A DNA stretch of 64,000 nucleotides from the human T2T-CHM13v2.0 reference genome, Homo sapiens. Of the stretch, positions 32,911 through 47,454 are shown piece after piece. Position 1 is the first letter of the stretch; each line of letters starts with the position of its first letter. Made by a program: the position numbers and the translations under genes. The notes beneath the pieces are model-generated. The model was not told where the DNA came from. It made no database searches and saw only the letters and a list, made by a program, of their open reading frames with translations. The stretch lies in the NCBI RefSeq assembly GCF_009914755.1, contig NC_060929.1. One strand, 5' to 3'.

Positions 32911-34909
32911 ATAACAGAATATAGAATGTAGATATCTTGAGCAGTATGTGGTTCATTTTTAAAATTTTCATCAGGGAGAGGATCCTGAATGGGTTGGATC
33001 TTAAACTGGGACTGGAAAAATGAGAACACTTGGATCAATGCAATGGAAACTAATGGACACTTTAGGATGAGCAATTATGCAACAAGGGCTTAGAGGTGGA
33101 AAATCACAGCACAAGTGGGACCAGGATGTTTTGCATGAGTGGAGAGGGAAGTATGCTCTGGGGTTGGGTCAAATCTGGTTTTGGAGGGCGGGGTAGTCAG
33201 CTACTGAAGGACCTGAAGAGACCTGCGTAAGACTCTACTCAACTGGAAATTGGATCATGGAGGCTTTGAGGCAAGAATGTACCATGAGGAAAAATGAGAA
33301 GAATCTGTGATGAGATGTGTGTTGGATTGAAAAGGGGAGAGCTAGAACTAGGTCCTCATGGCACCTGCATGTACTTTTAAAAATGCTATTTATTATGATA
33401 TATCATAATTATTTTTCTTTGTGTTGATCATTTTATAACCATCTATGGGTCCTTCGTTTTGTGAAGGCAGGGTCCACGGTGAATTCTCTGTCTAGCACAG
33501 TACTTAGCACCTAGGAAAAACATTTAAAAGTTTGACTGAATAAATGCATAGATGATGGAGTCAGATTCACACAGAGAACATTTGGCAGTACCTGGAAGCT
33601 GGTGGAATAATGAAAGGTCCTGCACGTGCCTGGGGTGACAAAAATGAACAAAATGGACCAGTATCAAAAACATTTCAGGGGAAATGCCAGTTGGATGTGG
33701 TGCTGTATTAATGCTTACAGGGAAAGAACAGAGAAGACTCCAGTGTTTCTAGCCGGAGTGATTTGAGATATGGTAATTCTACTGACTAAGACAGGCAGAT
33801 GGGGAGAGAGAAGAGAAGTAAGGATAAGAACGCATCAGTTCACTCTTAAACATTCAAGCAGAACGGTGTAATACATGGTTAGTGATATACTTTAGAAGTT
33901 AGAGTGTATTACATAGTTATATATAAAAAATCCTGGCCAATATCTTCTGGAATAATTCTATGAAACTCAGCTATTAATTAAAAGGGAAGAAGAAGAGTAA
34001 GAAATAACTGGGAAAGGCATATTCTAATGAACATTTGTTTAGAAGATGGATGGAAAATGTCAATGAAACTCCCTGAGGTTCAGAAATGTACTATCAGCAC
34101 TACTGGATAACTTAAACAAAACCAACTCTTTCAGAGGTGAAGTATCTTAGCTAAATGGTTAAAGAAATACTCAAATGGAATACAGTTTTTATCATAAATA
34201 AATTTAGATAACTATGAGTCCATCTTAAAAGTAAACACTTCAGTGTTTCCATGACATAACTCCCAATTTGTTGAAAGTAATTACATGCTATTGCAGCACA
34301 AGAAATTTGTGCAGAGTACATTTTTATCCCCTGCTAGAAGAAAAGAATGCATGAAGCAATGCAATGATGGCATAGAGTCTATTATTAAAGACTTTAAGAA
34401 GTCTTTCCATGGGTCAAAACTCAAACTTTTGTGATGGAATCTGAAGGGGCATTAATAGGAACATGTAGGTATTTATCATTTCTGGGACACGTGGCTTCAG
34501 AATTCTCCACCTACTTGGGTAATCTATTAGCCTATAAAATCCACAAAGCTCCTGCCTGCATCTGAAGTGTGCTAAGTGTCATGTCCCCCATGAATTGTTT
34601 TTATTTGCCTCATAAAAGAACCCCTGCCTCTTTTCCACTTACCTTGATTGCTGATGACCACACGATTCTTACCGCCTATTCATACCATCTGAATTTTGTA
34701 CCAGTTGTTTCTTATAGCTTCTGAGGATTGAATACTATAACCTGACACTTTCAATGCTGGAATCCTTATTGAATCTGTATTTTGACCAGGACCTCAGCCC
34801 TCAACTGTCAGGCTATGGCATGAATAAAGAGTTACAATTAAAAATTTTTGCTGGAAATTAGTAGTGGGTGCCTATTTTGGACCTTGCTGATGAATCACAT
34901 AAGTCATGG

Positions 34910-35170
34910 ATGACGGTACAATACAGTGGTTAGACACACTGACCTTGGAGTTCAGCAGACCTAGGCTGTCATCCTGACTGTTGCTTACCATCTGTGTTAT
35001 CTTGGGCAAATCACTTAAGCATTCTTATCTACAGTATTGTTATCTCCAAAATTGAGATAATAAAAATACTTACCTCATAGGGCTATTATGAAGATTAAAT
35101 GAAATGATGTAAGTAGAGTCCTTAGTTTAGTTACTGACATAAAGCAAATGTCAGTAAGTAAACAGCAGCT
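34910..35170. mobile_element. MIR
   Basis: cttgggcaaatcacttaag...aatacttacctcatagggctattatgaagattaaatga. Confidence 0.8.
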
Positions 35171-35616
35171 GCCAGGCTTTGTTGGTGGTGATGTTTGTAA
35201 TGTGAACGGTCCTTGCTCTCTTTTACACTATTCGGATTATTATCAGGCTTGTTTACGGACTGGAGTGAGCAATACATGGGAAGCACTATTTTTGCCCTGG
35301 AGAGTGTCCTGCTTCCCTGCATAAGGCAGATAATCAGACACCATGAAATTCAAAGGGTATTTCATGAAAACGTAGTTCTAAAAATAGTAGCAGTATTCAG
35401 TCCTTCTGAAATGCCAATTTTCTCAAGATTGAATTATTATAAAACTGTCATTTTTGTATGTGCATGAAGGTAGAAAACAATGGTTATTTATTTTACTCTC
35501 TGAAAATAACTTGTATCTCCTGGGCTTCTCCGTACCCATACTCAATACCGTGTACCTAGTACTAAGTTCCATTTGCTAGTACTAACCCTACGCAGAGGCA
35601 GTGACTCAGTCCTCAC

Positions 35617-35820
35617 CTGATGGGCTTGCTGTAAGAGCTCCATTCTCTCCTGAAGAATCTGACAGTCATACTCTCTGCTCTTCCTCAGCATTTGCCGCCG
35701 TAACTTTTCTACTGCCGTCCTCAGCTCCTCTTGCTGTTTTTCACTTAATAATTCACCAAACTTGATAACAGTTTCTTGCTGTAGAGCATTGTACAAAGTA
35801 GCTTCTAGTTCCTGGATTCT
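35617..35820 (-). CDS. JAKMIP2: JAKMIP2 coding exon (~19), RIQELEATLY...MELLQQAHQ, 68 aa
   Basis: tatttgccag|AGA acceptor, CAG|gtgagg donor, 204 nt; lies inside ORF-track 35542..35916. Confidence 0.97.
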
Positions 35821-36160
35821 CTGGCAAATAGAATTAGAAAAGTCTAACTTTGGAACTTGGCATTGATATCTGGTGTGGGAGTGTATGCTATGTATGTATA
35901 TGTATATGGCTGCCAACTTTAGGCTTATAGGATCTTAGCAAGAAAATAATTTTAAAACTTCTCTAGCCTAATTACACTTCTGAAAATCTCCTTTTATGAG
36001 ATTCCATAAGGGTCATCTAGCCAATTCATGAACTTCTCTAGTGAGGGAACATTTGTTCTTTCTTGGGACCCTGTCCATTTTATATACTTTTCCTAACTGT
36101 AGTTCCTATCCTAAAGTGTAGCTGAGAATAAGTGTGTTCTCACTTCTACTTGACAGCTCT

Positions 36161-36484
36161 GGCCAGGCACGGTGGCTCACACCTGTAATCCCAGCACTTT
36201 GGGAGCCCGAGGCAGGCGGATCATCTGAGGTCAGGAGTTCGAGACCAGCCTGGCCAATGTGGTGAAACCCCATTTCTACTAAAAATATAAAAAATTAGGT
36301 GGGCGTGGTGGTGCGCACCTGTAATCCCAGCTACTCTGGAGGCTGAGACAGAAGAATCACTGGAACCCGAGAGGCGGAAGTTGCAGTGAGCCGAGATCAC
36401 GCATTGCACTCTGGTCTGTGCAACAAGAGTGAAACTCCATCTCAAAACAACAGCAACAAAAAACAAACAAACAAAAAACAACAA
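36161..36484 (+). mobile_element. AluS
   Basis: Full Alu; TSD gacagctct. Confidence 0.95.
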
Positions 36485-37797
36485 GACAGCTCTTCATACA
36501 TTTAAAGACATCTACCACGGTGGCCATACTTCTGGAAATAAATAGTCTAAGTTAGAACAAAATACTGCCCCCGTTTTATTAATACATGACAAACCTCTGG
36601 TACTTGAAGATGGCTTTATGGTCGCCATATTTTTTCTTGAAATAAAATTGAGAAATAAAATCCAAAAAATGACCTAAAGTTTTGGAATTGGTCTGTTTTT
36701 AAGTTCTCTGAGATTTATGGCTGCTCTCATTATAATATTTCTCTGAGTCTTTCTTTTGTAGATGAAGGATGCACTGCCTTCATCTTTTTCTTTCTTTTTT
36801 TGATATGCTTCAGATAACAGTTGCTAAAATCTACAATCTTATCCCTTCTAAGTTTGACAGAAGTGACCAGACATGCTTTGGTGAGAAATATTTTCCTAGC
36901 TCTTGTCCTGGGCTAAGCAGGTCTCATCTTTTTAAGGATAAATATGGTTTTCTGAATGAGTACTCAGTAGTCTCGGGACCCACATAAACACACAACTTAA
37001 TTTCGTATAGGTAGAAGAGGCAAGGGTGAAAGGTAGAAGTGAAGCAAAACTCACTTCCTTCTCTGTCTCTAATTAGCATCAAATACCCATTCTCTTCTTT
37101 CCCCATCAAACAAGCTCAGAATCTCTTACTCATTTTGGAATGCAAAGACAAGTTCATCTTTGTTACAAGCAGGGACTAAGTGCTTCACTCTTTCCCCAAA
37201 AGTGACTCAAGCTGCTTCCAGGAAAGCATTATAAAAACCTCTGCTAGGAATTCTTTGAAATGTTCCTTTAACTTGCTCTTTTTCTTTTGATTCATAATTG
37301 TGAATTAATGGAGGGTGGAGCATAAGGAGAGAAGAAATGTGAGCTGTAGTTCATTATGAAGAAGCATGCAATAGGAATTTGGTAGAGGGGAATGGATCAC
37401 ATGTGCTCCTTAATCAGCATAATCTTCTGTGGGAGACAAAAAGGCACAGCCCATTTACCATGGAAGCCTCAGTTACTGTGGCTGGATTATAGTAGGCCAC
37501 AGGATCTGGAGTCAGATCTACACACTACCTATTTATCAACTTGGGCAAAGTTCTTATATTCTCTAAATCTTACTATCCTCGTATGTAAGATATGAATAAT
37601 AATCTTACCTATACCTCACAGAGTTGTTGTAAGAGATAAATGAATTAAAAATATGCATAACAAACATTAAACACATTATTCCACCACTAGATCAGACTCC
37701 CAAATGACTGGATTTGGTTTAATAAAATTTCTCTTTAATCTACACTGCCATCCAAACTGTTCTTCATTTAATATTATCCAACAACATATATTTAATT

Positions 37798-38121
37798 GTT
37801 TTTGTTTTATTTTGTTTTGAGACAGGATCTTGCTCTGCTGCCCAGGCTGGAGTACAGTGGCACGATCACAACTCACTGAAGCCTTGACCTCCCAGGCTCA
37901 ATGAATCCTCCCTCCTCAGCCTCCTTAGTGGCTAGTACTACAAAGTGCATGTCACCATGATTGGCTAATTTTTGTATTTTGTATTTTTATTTTTATTTTT
38001 TGGAGATACAAGGTTTCACCATGTTGCTCACGCTGGTCTTGAATTCCTGGGCTCAAGGGATCTGCCCACCTTGGTTTCCCAAAAGTGCTGGGATTACATG
38101 CATGAGGCACCACGTCTGGCC
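37798..38121 (-). mobile_element. AluJ
   Basis: Full Alu; TSD tttaattgtt. Confidence 0.92.
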
Positions 38122-38371
38122 TTTTAATTGTTAAAAAATGAAGTATAATTAAATATTTATTAGGTATTATAAGAATATCTTATAAGAATCTTAGAATAAG
38201 TAAAGAGCTAGGAATGTATTTGTTATAAAATTAGATCTGAAAACCAGTAAATGAATGAACTGCATGTCGTGATCTATTCAAGTACATAGCATGGAAAATT
38301 AAAAAGGATACTTAATTCCACAGTGCATAACTGTAAATACTGCGGGTGTCTCTATCACTTGTTGTACCTAC

Positions 38372-38449
38372 CATATATGCTTGGTCAAGAGCTTGTTTTC
38401 TGTAGTCTAGTTCTTCCTCCAGATAGCCTTTTATTTTGCAGAACTGTTC
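38372..38449 (-). CDS. JAKMIP2: JAKMIP2 coding exon (~18), EQFCKIKGYLEEELDYRKQALDQAYM
   Basis: ctttgttatag|GAA acceptor, ATG|gtaggt donor, 78 nt. Confidence 0.96.
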
Positions 38450-39573
38450 CTATAACAAAGGGCCATATTGATAGAGTCAGCTTAGTTAACTAGAAAGTGA
38501 CGTACAAATGGTATTGATTAATGTTTCCTCTAATTCTACCATAAGACAAATCACTAGTATTTGTAGAGTCATAAATTTTGTCTGTTAGGGAAATAGTTCA
38601 ACTCTCATAGTCTCACACAGGAATGTGAAAATCAATGGAAAGCAGCATAAAAGATATAATGAAAAATCCACATAGAATGCTCTAAAAGATTTTTAATCTG
38701 AGAGCACGTGATTAAGTATAGATTTTGACTAGTGTTTAATAATAATAAGCCTATCTATGTAAAAGTATTATGATAATATATTTTTGTAAGAATGTGATAA
38801 AATGTAACATAGCTGGGTTGCATAATCAACAAGTTTAACTGATTCAAATTCATCTGTGTACAACTAGCAAACATAAGGACAAAAATAGCAACTTAAAGAG
38901 TGGGAGTGATTCCACCCACACTGCTGCTTAATGAGTGGGTGTCTGCTTTTGCCACAAAGCCAGTGTGAGCTGGGAAAAGTCAATCTGATGTTCCCTCTCT
39001 TGTTCTCAGTTTCTGTGTGCTTCTCATATTATCAGCATCTTGCCATTAGCACTTAAAACTATATTTTGGGTACAACATAGTCCCAAGCACAAGTCAATTG
39101 TTTCTTTGGGTGTTTAACTGAAGGAACAAAGACTTCTTCCAACTCTGAAGAAAAACTCAATGGTGTTGACTTTTGAGAGATCGTGTATCTGTATGGAGTA
39201 ATTTTGCTGTTGACTTTGCTGGTGACTGCTGAATTCCAGTACCTAGAACAGTGCCTGATACAGACTAATTGCTTAATTAATATTTGTGTTTTTAAAGAGC
39301 TTTCAAGGGTAATTTTGAAGAGAAATTGTTCATTTGGAAAGCTTTCTTGGCCAAATATAAAAATAAAATAAAATAACAAACTGTTCTTTTTACATGCTTT
39401 GACATTGGAGCCTAACCTCTTAGTAAAATGTGAGCACTGTATAAAATATAAGCAAATTATAAGCTATAATGTGCCACACAAATGCAAGTTGTTTTTATAG
39501 GATTCCCTCATCCAATAGGAATCCACGACGTTTTCTAGTTATAATGATAACATTAATCATAATCTTGTTATAA

Positions 39574-39903
<330 letters not shown>

Positions 39904-39949
39904 TAAGTTAATAATAACCAATTTTTAGACTTGGTGAGTAAAAAGAAAC

Positions 39950-40980
39950 TTTTAAAATTGTGGTAAAATGCACATAACATTTACAACCTTACTCATTTTT
40001 AATTCATTTTTGAGTGTATAGTTCAGTAGTACAAAGTATATTCACATTGTTATCAACCAATGTACAGAATTTTTCATGCTGCAAAACTGAAACTATACCC
40101 ATTATACAACAGCTCTATGTTTCCCCTTCTCACCTTCTGGCAACCACAGTCTACTGTCTGTTTCTAAGTTGGATTACTCTAGCACCTCACATGAGTGGAT
40201 TCATATAGTATTTACAATTCTGTGAATAGCTTATTTCACTTAACGTAGTGTCCTGAAAGTACATCCATATTGTAACTTGTATCAGAACTTCCTTCCTTTT
40301 GAAGGCTAAATAATATTCCATGATATGTATACACCACCTTTTGTTTATCTGTTCATCCATTGATGGACATTTGGGTTACTTCTACCTTTTGGCTATTGTG
40401 AATAATGCTGCTATGAACATGGGTGTATAAATATCTCTTCCAGACTCTGGTTTCAATTCTTTTGGATACACACCCAGAAGTGGTATTGCTGAATCACATA
40501 GTAATTCTATTTTGATTTTTTTGAGCAACCACCATACTTTTTTTCATAGTGGCTGTACCAGTTTTACATTCCCATCAATAGTAAAGAAGGGTTTCAATTT
40601 CCCCTTATCTTTGCCAACACTTGTTTTATCTTTTTGGTTGTGGGAACACAGGGTCTTGCTCTGTTGCCCAGGCTGGAATGCAGTGGTACAAAAATAGCTC
40701 ACTGTAGCCTCCACCTCCTGGGCTCAAATGATCCTCTTGCCTCAGCCCCCTGAGTAGCTGGGACCACAGGCACGTACCACTATGCCCACTAATTATTTTT
40801 TGTAGAGATGGGTTCTCACTATGTTGTCCAGGCTGGTCTCCAACTCTTGCGCTCAAGCACACTTCCTGCCTTAACTTCCCAAATTGCTAGGACAGGTGTG
40901 AGCCACTGCACTAGGTCTTTTGTTCTACTCTTTTTTTTTTTTTTTGATAAGAGTTATTCTAATGGATGTAAGGTGGCTTA
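39950..40980 (-). mobile_element. L1M (L1MB-like) 3' fragment with a nested AluJ (~40630-40916)
   Basis: tgatggacatttgggtt...ggctattgtgaataatgctgctatgaacat...cccagaagtggtattgctgaatca. Confidence 0.88.
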
Positions 40981-41326
40981 GGGATTTTTAAAATCAGAGT
41001 TACACCCTCCATTTCTGTAATTTTTCCTTGCTAATTAAATAAAGTGGAAAAATTATTTAGCCTAAGAAAGAAAACATAAGAAAACTCAATTTTCTTCGGC
41101 ATTAGTTTTGGATATTTTCCAAAAACTAACATTTTTTGGGGGGAGAATATAGCCTGAAATTGTTTGGTACTTCTGGTAATTTTTTTTCCATCTTCTGTAC
41201 ATAAAATAATAATGGAAAGATGACAAACTTTCATCAGTGCCAGATAAAACTGGTAGAGGCAACTTTAATTTTCCATTTGCCTTGTAAGTTTTTCTTAATT
41301 TTTACAATATCTCATCTTGTACTTAC

Positions 41327-41395
41327 CATGTCACTTTCCAATTCCATCATTTTCTGGTGTAGGGCAGCCTCAGCTCCTTCAATCTGCTGGATCCA
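41327..41395 (-). CDS. JAKMIP2: JAKMIP2 coding exon (~17), WIQQIEGAEAALHQKMMELESDM
   Basis: aaccccttag|TGG acceptor, ATG|gtaagt donor, 69 nt. Confidence 0.96.
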
Positions 41396-41529
41396 CTAAG
41401 GGGTTAACAAGACAAAAGTGTTTGACATGGCTGCTTGATATGGTGTATATCTGTGTGCCCCCATGAGGTGCTCCGTCTCCTCCCCTTATATCTCAGGAAG
41501 AAGACTGAGAACTGAAGCAAAAACAACAC

Positions 41530-41838
41530 CTTTTTTTGCTTGTTTGTTTGTTTTGTTTTTGAAACGGAATCTCGCTCCGTTGCCCAGGCTGGAGTGCAGT
41601 GACGTTATCTCGGCTCCTGCAACCTCCGCCTCCTGCTTTCAAGCAATTCTCTGCCTCAGCCTCCCGAGTAGCTGGGATTACAGGCGCCTGCCACCACGCC
41701 TGGCTAATTTTTGTATTTTTAGTAGAGACGGGGTTTCACCATCTTGGCCAGGCTGGTCTTGAACTCTTGACCTCATGATCCACCTGCCTCAGCCTCCCAA
41801 AGTGCTGTGATTATAGGTGCGAGCCACCGTGCCTGACC
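41530..41838 (-). mobile_element. AluS
   Basis: Reverse-complement Alu consensus. Confidence 0.93.
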
Positions 41839-42671
41839 CACATTTTTATCTCATAGTTCAGAAACAAGACTACAGTCTTCCTTGTATTCATTCATTCACC
41901 CATTCAGCAAATGCATTTATGGATGACTAGCAAGTGTCAGGTGCTGTACCAGGTCCTAGGGCTGCAGTGGTGAACCAGATCAACAAGACTCCTGCCCTTA
42001 TTGGAGAACACCATAGGAGGCTTTCTTGTGAGTGATAATTGCACTGGGGTCCAAAGAATGGGTGAGAGATGACTGGGAAAAAATGAAGAGGAAGTTCCAA
42101 GTGGAAGGGACAACATGTCCAATAGCTCTATTGTTGGAGGAAGCAGGATGAGAGAAAGAAGGCCAGGTACACTGGAGAATTGGGACAACGGTAATTTTTC
42201 AGTATATAAAACTGATTACAGCAAAGTGGGGAAGAATTATTTTTGTGAAGTGGAGGTGTTCTAAATCACATAAAAACTTATCTTTCCCAGTACTCAGAAT
42301 ATATGATATTTATGTTAGCATTGATAAACACTCTGAATGCAGACTTTGAATAATGTGACCCTACCATATACAGGTTTTTATAGAACAAATTATTATAATG
42401 AATCTCTAGCAAGTTAAATGTCAGCTTATATTTTAGGGAAGCAATTGGGCATAATAATTAAGTGGGTTCTGAAGACAGACTACCTTGGCCGTAATTTCAA
42501 TTCCAGCTTTTCATGGGTGGGTGGCATGGAAAGGTTACCTGATTTCTCTAAGTCTCAAGTTTCTTGTCTGTCAAATGGGATTAACAATAAGTAAAGATTA
42601 AGGAAGTAAAAAACATGAGGCAGTATCCATTGTGTATTGGATGTACTAGTGGTATCTCACTACAAGGTACT

Positions 42672-42986
42672 ATTTATTTATTTATTTATTTATTATTATT
42701 TTTTGAGACAAAGTTTCACTCTGTCACCCAGGCTGGAGTGCAATGGCACGATCTTGGCTCACTGCAACCTCCGCCTCCAGGTTCAAGCGATTCTCCAGCC
42801 TCAGCCTCCCAAGTAGCTGGGATTATAGGTGCACGCCTCCATGCCTGGCTAAGTTTTTGTATTTTTAGTAGAGACGGGGTTTCACCGTGTTCCCCAGGCT
42901 GGTCTTGAACTCCTGAGCTCAGGCAATCCAGCCACCTCGACCTCCCAAAGTGCTAGGATTACAGGCGTGAGCCACTGCGCCCAGCC
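42672..42986 (-). mobile_element. AluS with (TTTA)n tail
   Basis: Reverse-complement Alu consensus. Confidence 0.94.
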
Positions 42987-43339
42987 CCAGATAGTTCTTT
43001 CTAGGTTACCTGTGATAAATTATGCAGCACAGCGAGACTTTTATACACAACAGCCTTGATACTTACAAGGGGATACCATGTTCAACCACTCCTTGGCTGT
43101 GGGGAACATGGTGAAAGAAAAGAGGCATGCCGAGACTGGAGAGGTGCTAAGTTCTTTGCACATACACATGGTTTCCCCTTGAAACAAATTTCTGTCAATC
43201 ATGGGTTTTGTGTAAATAGACTCATATTGCAATTGTACCCATCCAAAACCTAAAATCCTTCATCTTGCTTGCTGTCCATTTGTTATCAAGAAACATATTT
43301 TTTAAAATCATGTTTTTAAGAGTACTGTGAACTAAAGTC

Positions 43340-43680
43340 ATTATATCATGAGCATTAGATATAGATTTGTGTGTTGGTTGCTGTTCCTTCCTACTTGTGT
43401 AATCCAGGACAAGTTACTGAATATCCCAAGCCTCAGTTTCCTCATGTATAAAATAAAAACAATGGTACCCCAATGTACATTATTTGGGCGGTGGATACAC
43501 TAACAGCCAAGACTTCACCACTACACCATGTATCCATGTAATAAAAGTATACCTGTACTCCGTAAATTTATACAAATTAAAAAATAGTGACAGCTGTAGA
43601 ATGGTTGTAAGGAACAGTACATAAGTACATAATGTACTTATGGCATTGAGTGCAGTATCCAGCCCCTAATATGTTCTCAC
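43340..43680. mobile_element. MIR interrupted by a short L1 3'-end fragment (~43470-43585, +)
   Basis: aagcctcagtttcctcatgtataaaat; aatgtacattatttgggcggtggatacactaacagccaagacttcaccactaca. Confidence 0.75.
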
Positions 43681-44149
43681 TCAAGGTCACTGCCATTATT
43701 TTTAATACAAAGTGACAACTGGGTTTGCTTGTTGGAATTTTGTCTAGGCTCAAATTCTGGCTAAAGATCATACTCCCATATAACAGAGTGCTATTCAAAT
43801 TGGTAGTCTCAAGACATTCATTGTTGTTGTTTAGAATTACTTGGATGTAGAAACTTTTATCTGTGAATCCCACAGACAAGAGATAAATTTAATCTGTGCT
43901 TTGCAAAAGTCTGCACAAAAGGCAGCTGAACAGACCATGAGCACTTTAGGGAAGGCTTGTGTCTTGTTCATCTGGTTCCTAGCTTTCTACCACAGTGCTA
44001 AGCACAGAGTCATCACCCTGTATTTGTTCAACTGGTCCCTATACCTTTCTTGCAAAAAAAGTAAGCAGAGGCATGGGCTAATTTGCCTCAGCTCCGACAG
44101 CCCAGCTCCCATGGGGTCTGCAAAGCCTATTTCCCACAGGAGGAGGAGT

Positions 44150-44370
44150 TTGGTGCAAGACGTAAGATCATGGGCTTTAGAACCAGACTCCTTGGGTGTG
44201 AATCCTGACTCCATCAACTTCAGGCTGTGTGACCTTAGGCAGTTATCTACCTTTTTTGTGCTTCAGATTCCTTGTGTGAAATAAAGGTCACACTAGTACC
44301 TAGTCTCCAGCAGTTAGAAAGTGCCTATCTCAAAAGGAGCACTGCGCAAGTCTTGGTTCTGATAAGCACA
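44150..44370. mobile_element. MIR
   Basis: ggctttagaaccagac...gggtgtgaatcctgactcc...ctgtgtgaccttaggcag. Confidence 0.75.
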
Positions 44371-45381
44371 GTTGTTGGTTCTGATAAGTACAGTTGTACT
44401 GCACCCACACAGGGCAGGGAGCAGAAGATATTTCTCCCATCAGTCTCAGTAAATGTGAGACACACAAGGCTGTATTTCCTTTCTTTCACCTCCTCAATCC
44501 TCATCTTCCATAGAATCAGCCCATGTTTTGTTTGTAGCCCTAAACCCAGGCGATTTTTTCTTGCAGTAAAGAATTGCAGCCCTTCATGATTCCAGCTGAA
44601 TAAGGCTCTCTTGCTATCATTGCCAGATGATAGCAGCACTGGAGGCACAGACTGTGTTTTTTTCATCTTTGTGTTGTCACTGAAATGGTGTCTTATGAGC
44701 ATTCACAAATTCACACCTTTGCTCCTTCAGTTAACATTTATTCATGACTTACTACATGTGCTGGACTAGTGTGAAAAGCTAGGGCAAAAAACAGGGGGTG
44801 GGGAGTGGAGAGACACAACTATTTGTCCTCATGGGCCTTAGAGTCTAGTGGTAGTTAGATGGGGCCATATGACAAATGCAAATGGACAGTGTAATGCAAT
44901 TGTCAAAAGCCATGGGAGCAGTAGCACAGGCCACTGTGGGAACATAGAGCAGGAACACCTAAGGGGGCTTGGATGAACAGGCAGGCCTCCTCATTATGGG
45001 GAAGTCTGATGCTCAAGATTTAGCCAGGCAGAGGTAGAAAGGCAAGATGGGACTATCTTCCAGGTAAAAAGATCAGTGTAAAGGACCAAGAGTGGAGAAT
45101 GGAGAGAGAAAGAGAGAGAGAATGGAGGGAGAGAAGGGAGAGGAGACACTAGAGAAATAGGTAGATAAGACTCAAATCCCAGAGGGTCTGTATGCCAAAT
45201 TCTAAATTTGGACCTTCTGTTAGAGATAATGAGGCATTTGCTGGGGAGGGATCAGAGAAAGTGATTAGGTCTGTAATTAAACTGTGTAGGAAGTAAGTTT
45301 TTTTAAAAGAAAAAATTCCAGCTTTCATTTTATTTCACATGTAAATACTTCAATGTGTATCTCTAACAGATAAAGCCTTTC

Positions 45382-45414
<33 letters not shown>

Positions 45415-45717
45415 CACAAGGTTATTGGTACACTTTACAAAATTAACATTAATTACTTTTGTCATCTGATACCCAGTCCACATTAAATTTCTCCAGTTGT
45501 CAACAAAATGTCCTTTTTAAAAAACACCTGGTTAAGTGTCTTTTTATTTCATAGCTATAGTTCTTTGTTCTCCCTGTTTTTTATTTCATTCTTTTGTTTG
45601 AGTAACTTAACTGTTATTTGGCCCGTAGAATTCCCTCATTTCAGATTGGAGAGAGCTGATTGCTTGCTCTCATTTTATCCAACCATGTGCACATGACTCT
45701 CAAGTATTTACTGGTAC

Positions 45718-45892
45718 TTTTTTTTTTTTTTTAAAGGAGATGGAGTCTCACTATGTTGCCTAGGCTGAAGTACAGTGGTTACTCACAGGCATGATCATAG
45801 TACACTATAGCCCCAAATTCTTGGGCTCAAGTGAGCCTCCTCCCTCAGCCTCCAAAGTAGCTAGGACTATAGGTACATACCATCCAGCCAGG
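45718..45892 (-). mobile_element. Alu monomer (FAM-like)
   Basis: poly-T + gagatggagtctcactatgttgcctaggctgaagtacagtggttactcacaggcatgatcatag. Confidence 0.85.
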
Positions 45893-46458
45893 CTTTATGC
45901 ATTGATTCATGAGGTACTCTGAATACACCAATTTATCTGGCCATTTACCAGGTTTAGACACAAGGTGGAGCCAGAGCTCAGTCAGTGTTGATTTTCTCCT
46001 GACAGTCTCTATGTCGGACTTTCTGAATGAGAAGGCAATGAGCCCCTACTAAGCCACAGGATCAGTTGGGAGCAATGGTAGGTACACACCCCAGGATAAG
46101 TCTATGATAAGAGCAATGCTCCAGTTTATCATCGCCCCGCAGAATTCTTCTTTGTGGTTTCCCAGCTTGGTAGGGATTGTGTAAATAATGTAATCTAGAA
46201 GGTTTTCTGTTTTTAAAAAATTATATATATTTTTAAGGAACTTCAAAGCAAAAATTAGCCACCCATCCCAAATCAGTGTATAGACTTTTCGTTTGGGTGT
46301 TCTCATTCTATCTGGGTTGTACTACCCTTAAAAATAAAATGTGTATTAGGTATTCACACACAGTCATGTGCAGAGGGAATGTCCTTCACACCCTAGTCTG
46401 CTCGTTCAGTATTAAGCCAGACACCGAGATGATTTGAAATGTTTGTACGGCTCATTAC

Positions 46459-46524
46459 CTTCTCTGCCAGGGACAGCACAGTGCTGGCCTGAATTATGGC
46501 CACTTGTTCTTCATTTCTTAAATT
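46459..46524 (-). CDS. JAKMIP2: JAKMIP2 coding exon (~16), NLRNEEQVAIIQASTVLSLAEK
   Basis: attttttacag|AAT acceptor, AAG|gtaatg donor, 66 nt. Confidence 0.96.
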
Positions 46525-47400
46525 CTGTAAAAAATAAGAAAGGCCGTCAGCTGAACATACTGACATTATTTACCCCAAAGAAAATACTGTCTGACTGACT
46601 GCTACAGAGCATTCTGTATAAGCCTGTATAGAAACTTAACAAATTCCTATTCTGTTTAGTAATAATTCTGAACAAAGAGTTAATCAAAACCCGGAAGAAG
46701 TATATTAAACGTGATTTTTTAAATATCTCCTTAACACCGATTTGATTTTGTGTCACTGGAGGCATACTTTATTAATAGTCATGTTATGAGAAAAACAGAA
46801 ACCAAAATGGAATAAAAAACAGTCTCTTCATAGAAGTTTTGATGTAATTTTACTAATTCTGTTCTCTCCTTTGATAATTTTTCAAGGGAAAAACGGTGAT
46901 TCTTTCAACCTACAAGCACCAATCACATAGTATCACAATAAATGGTCCTCCCACTGAATTAATGTGCCTTGACCCTGTCTGGAAGATGTTTTCGGAAAGA
47001 AAATGCATTATAGCCTCCTGGTCCATTTTTATGGCACTGCCAACAACCCTAGTATTTAGCAGCCTTTGCAAATGCGTGACTGATTAATTTCACACTGGAT
47101 GCCTTTGAGCTAGAGTCAGACAATAATTAGCTTTACTTATTGGAGATGTGGTCGACATTCAAACCTGAAACCTGCCCGCAAAAAGCACTTTACCAGGTCT
47201 CATTTCTGCTACTACCTTCCAGAGATCCTTACAACCCCTTAGCCAAGTTGTTTGATAAATTGTATATTCTTCCCAAGGAGCAACATCCTTAAGTGAAATG
47301 GCATCTCACTTGCTCTTACTTTACACATGATGCATTGTTAAGTATCTCTTGCCTCTGTTTAGGCAAATTCATATCTATACTAAATCAATTCTTTACTTAC

Positions 47401-47454
47401 CCCATTATCACCCAAGATATCAAGCTGCTTTATGAGATCAGGGATGTTCACATC
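47401..47454 (-). CDS. JAKMIP2: JAKMIP2 coding exon (~15), DVNIPDLIKQLDILGDNG
   Basis: attttgcag|GAT acceptor, GGG|gtaagt donor, 54 nt. Confidence 0.96.

Noticed and set aside
34637-34810. Perfect donor AAG|GTAAGT (and a second GTAAG at ~34670) suggesting a cryptic exon
   Set aside because: No convincing acceptor giving a stop-free phase-0 exon; such donors occur by chance
43841-44702. Overlapping 105-147 aa ORFs
   Set aside because: They span MIR/L2 relics, have no coding-like composition and no splice context
45385-45412. Long poly-A run as a processed-pseudogene tail
   Set aside because: No upstream ORF or TSD is visible; it lies in old repeat-like sequence
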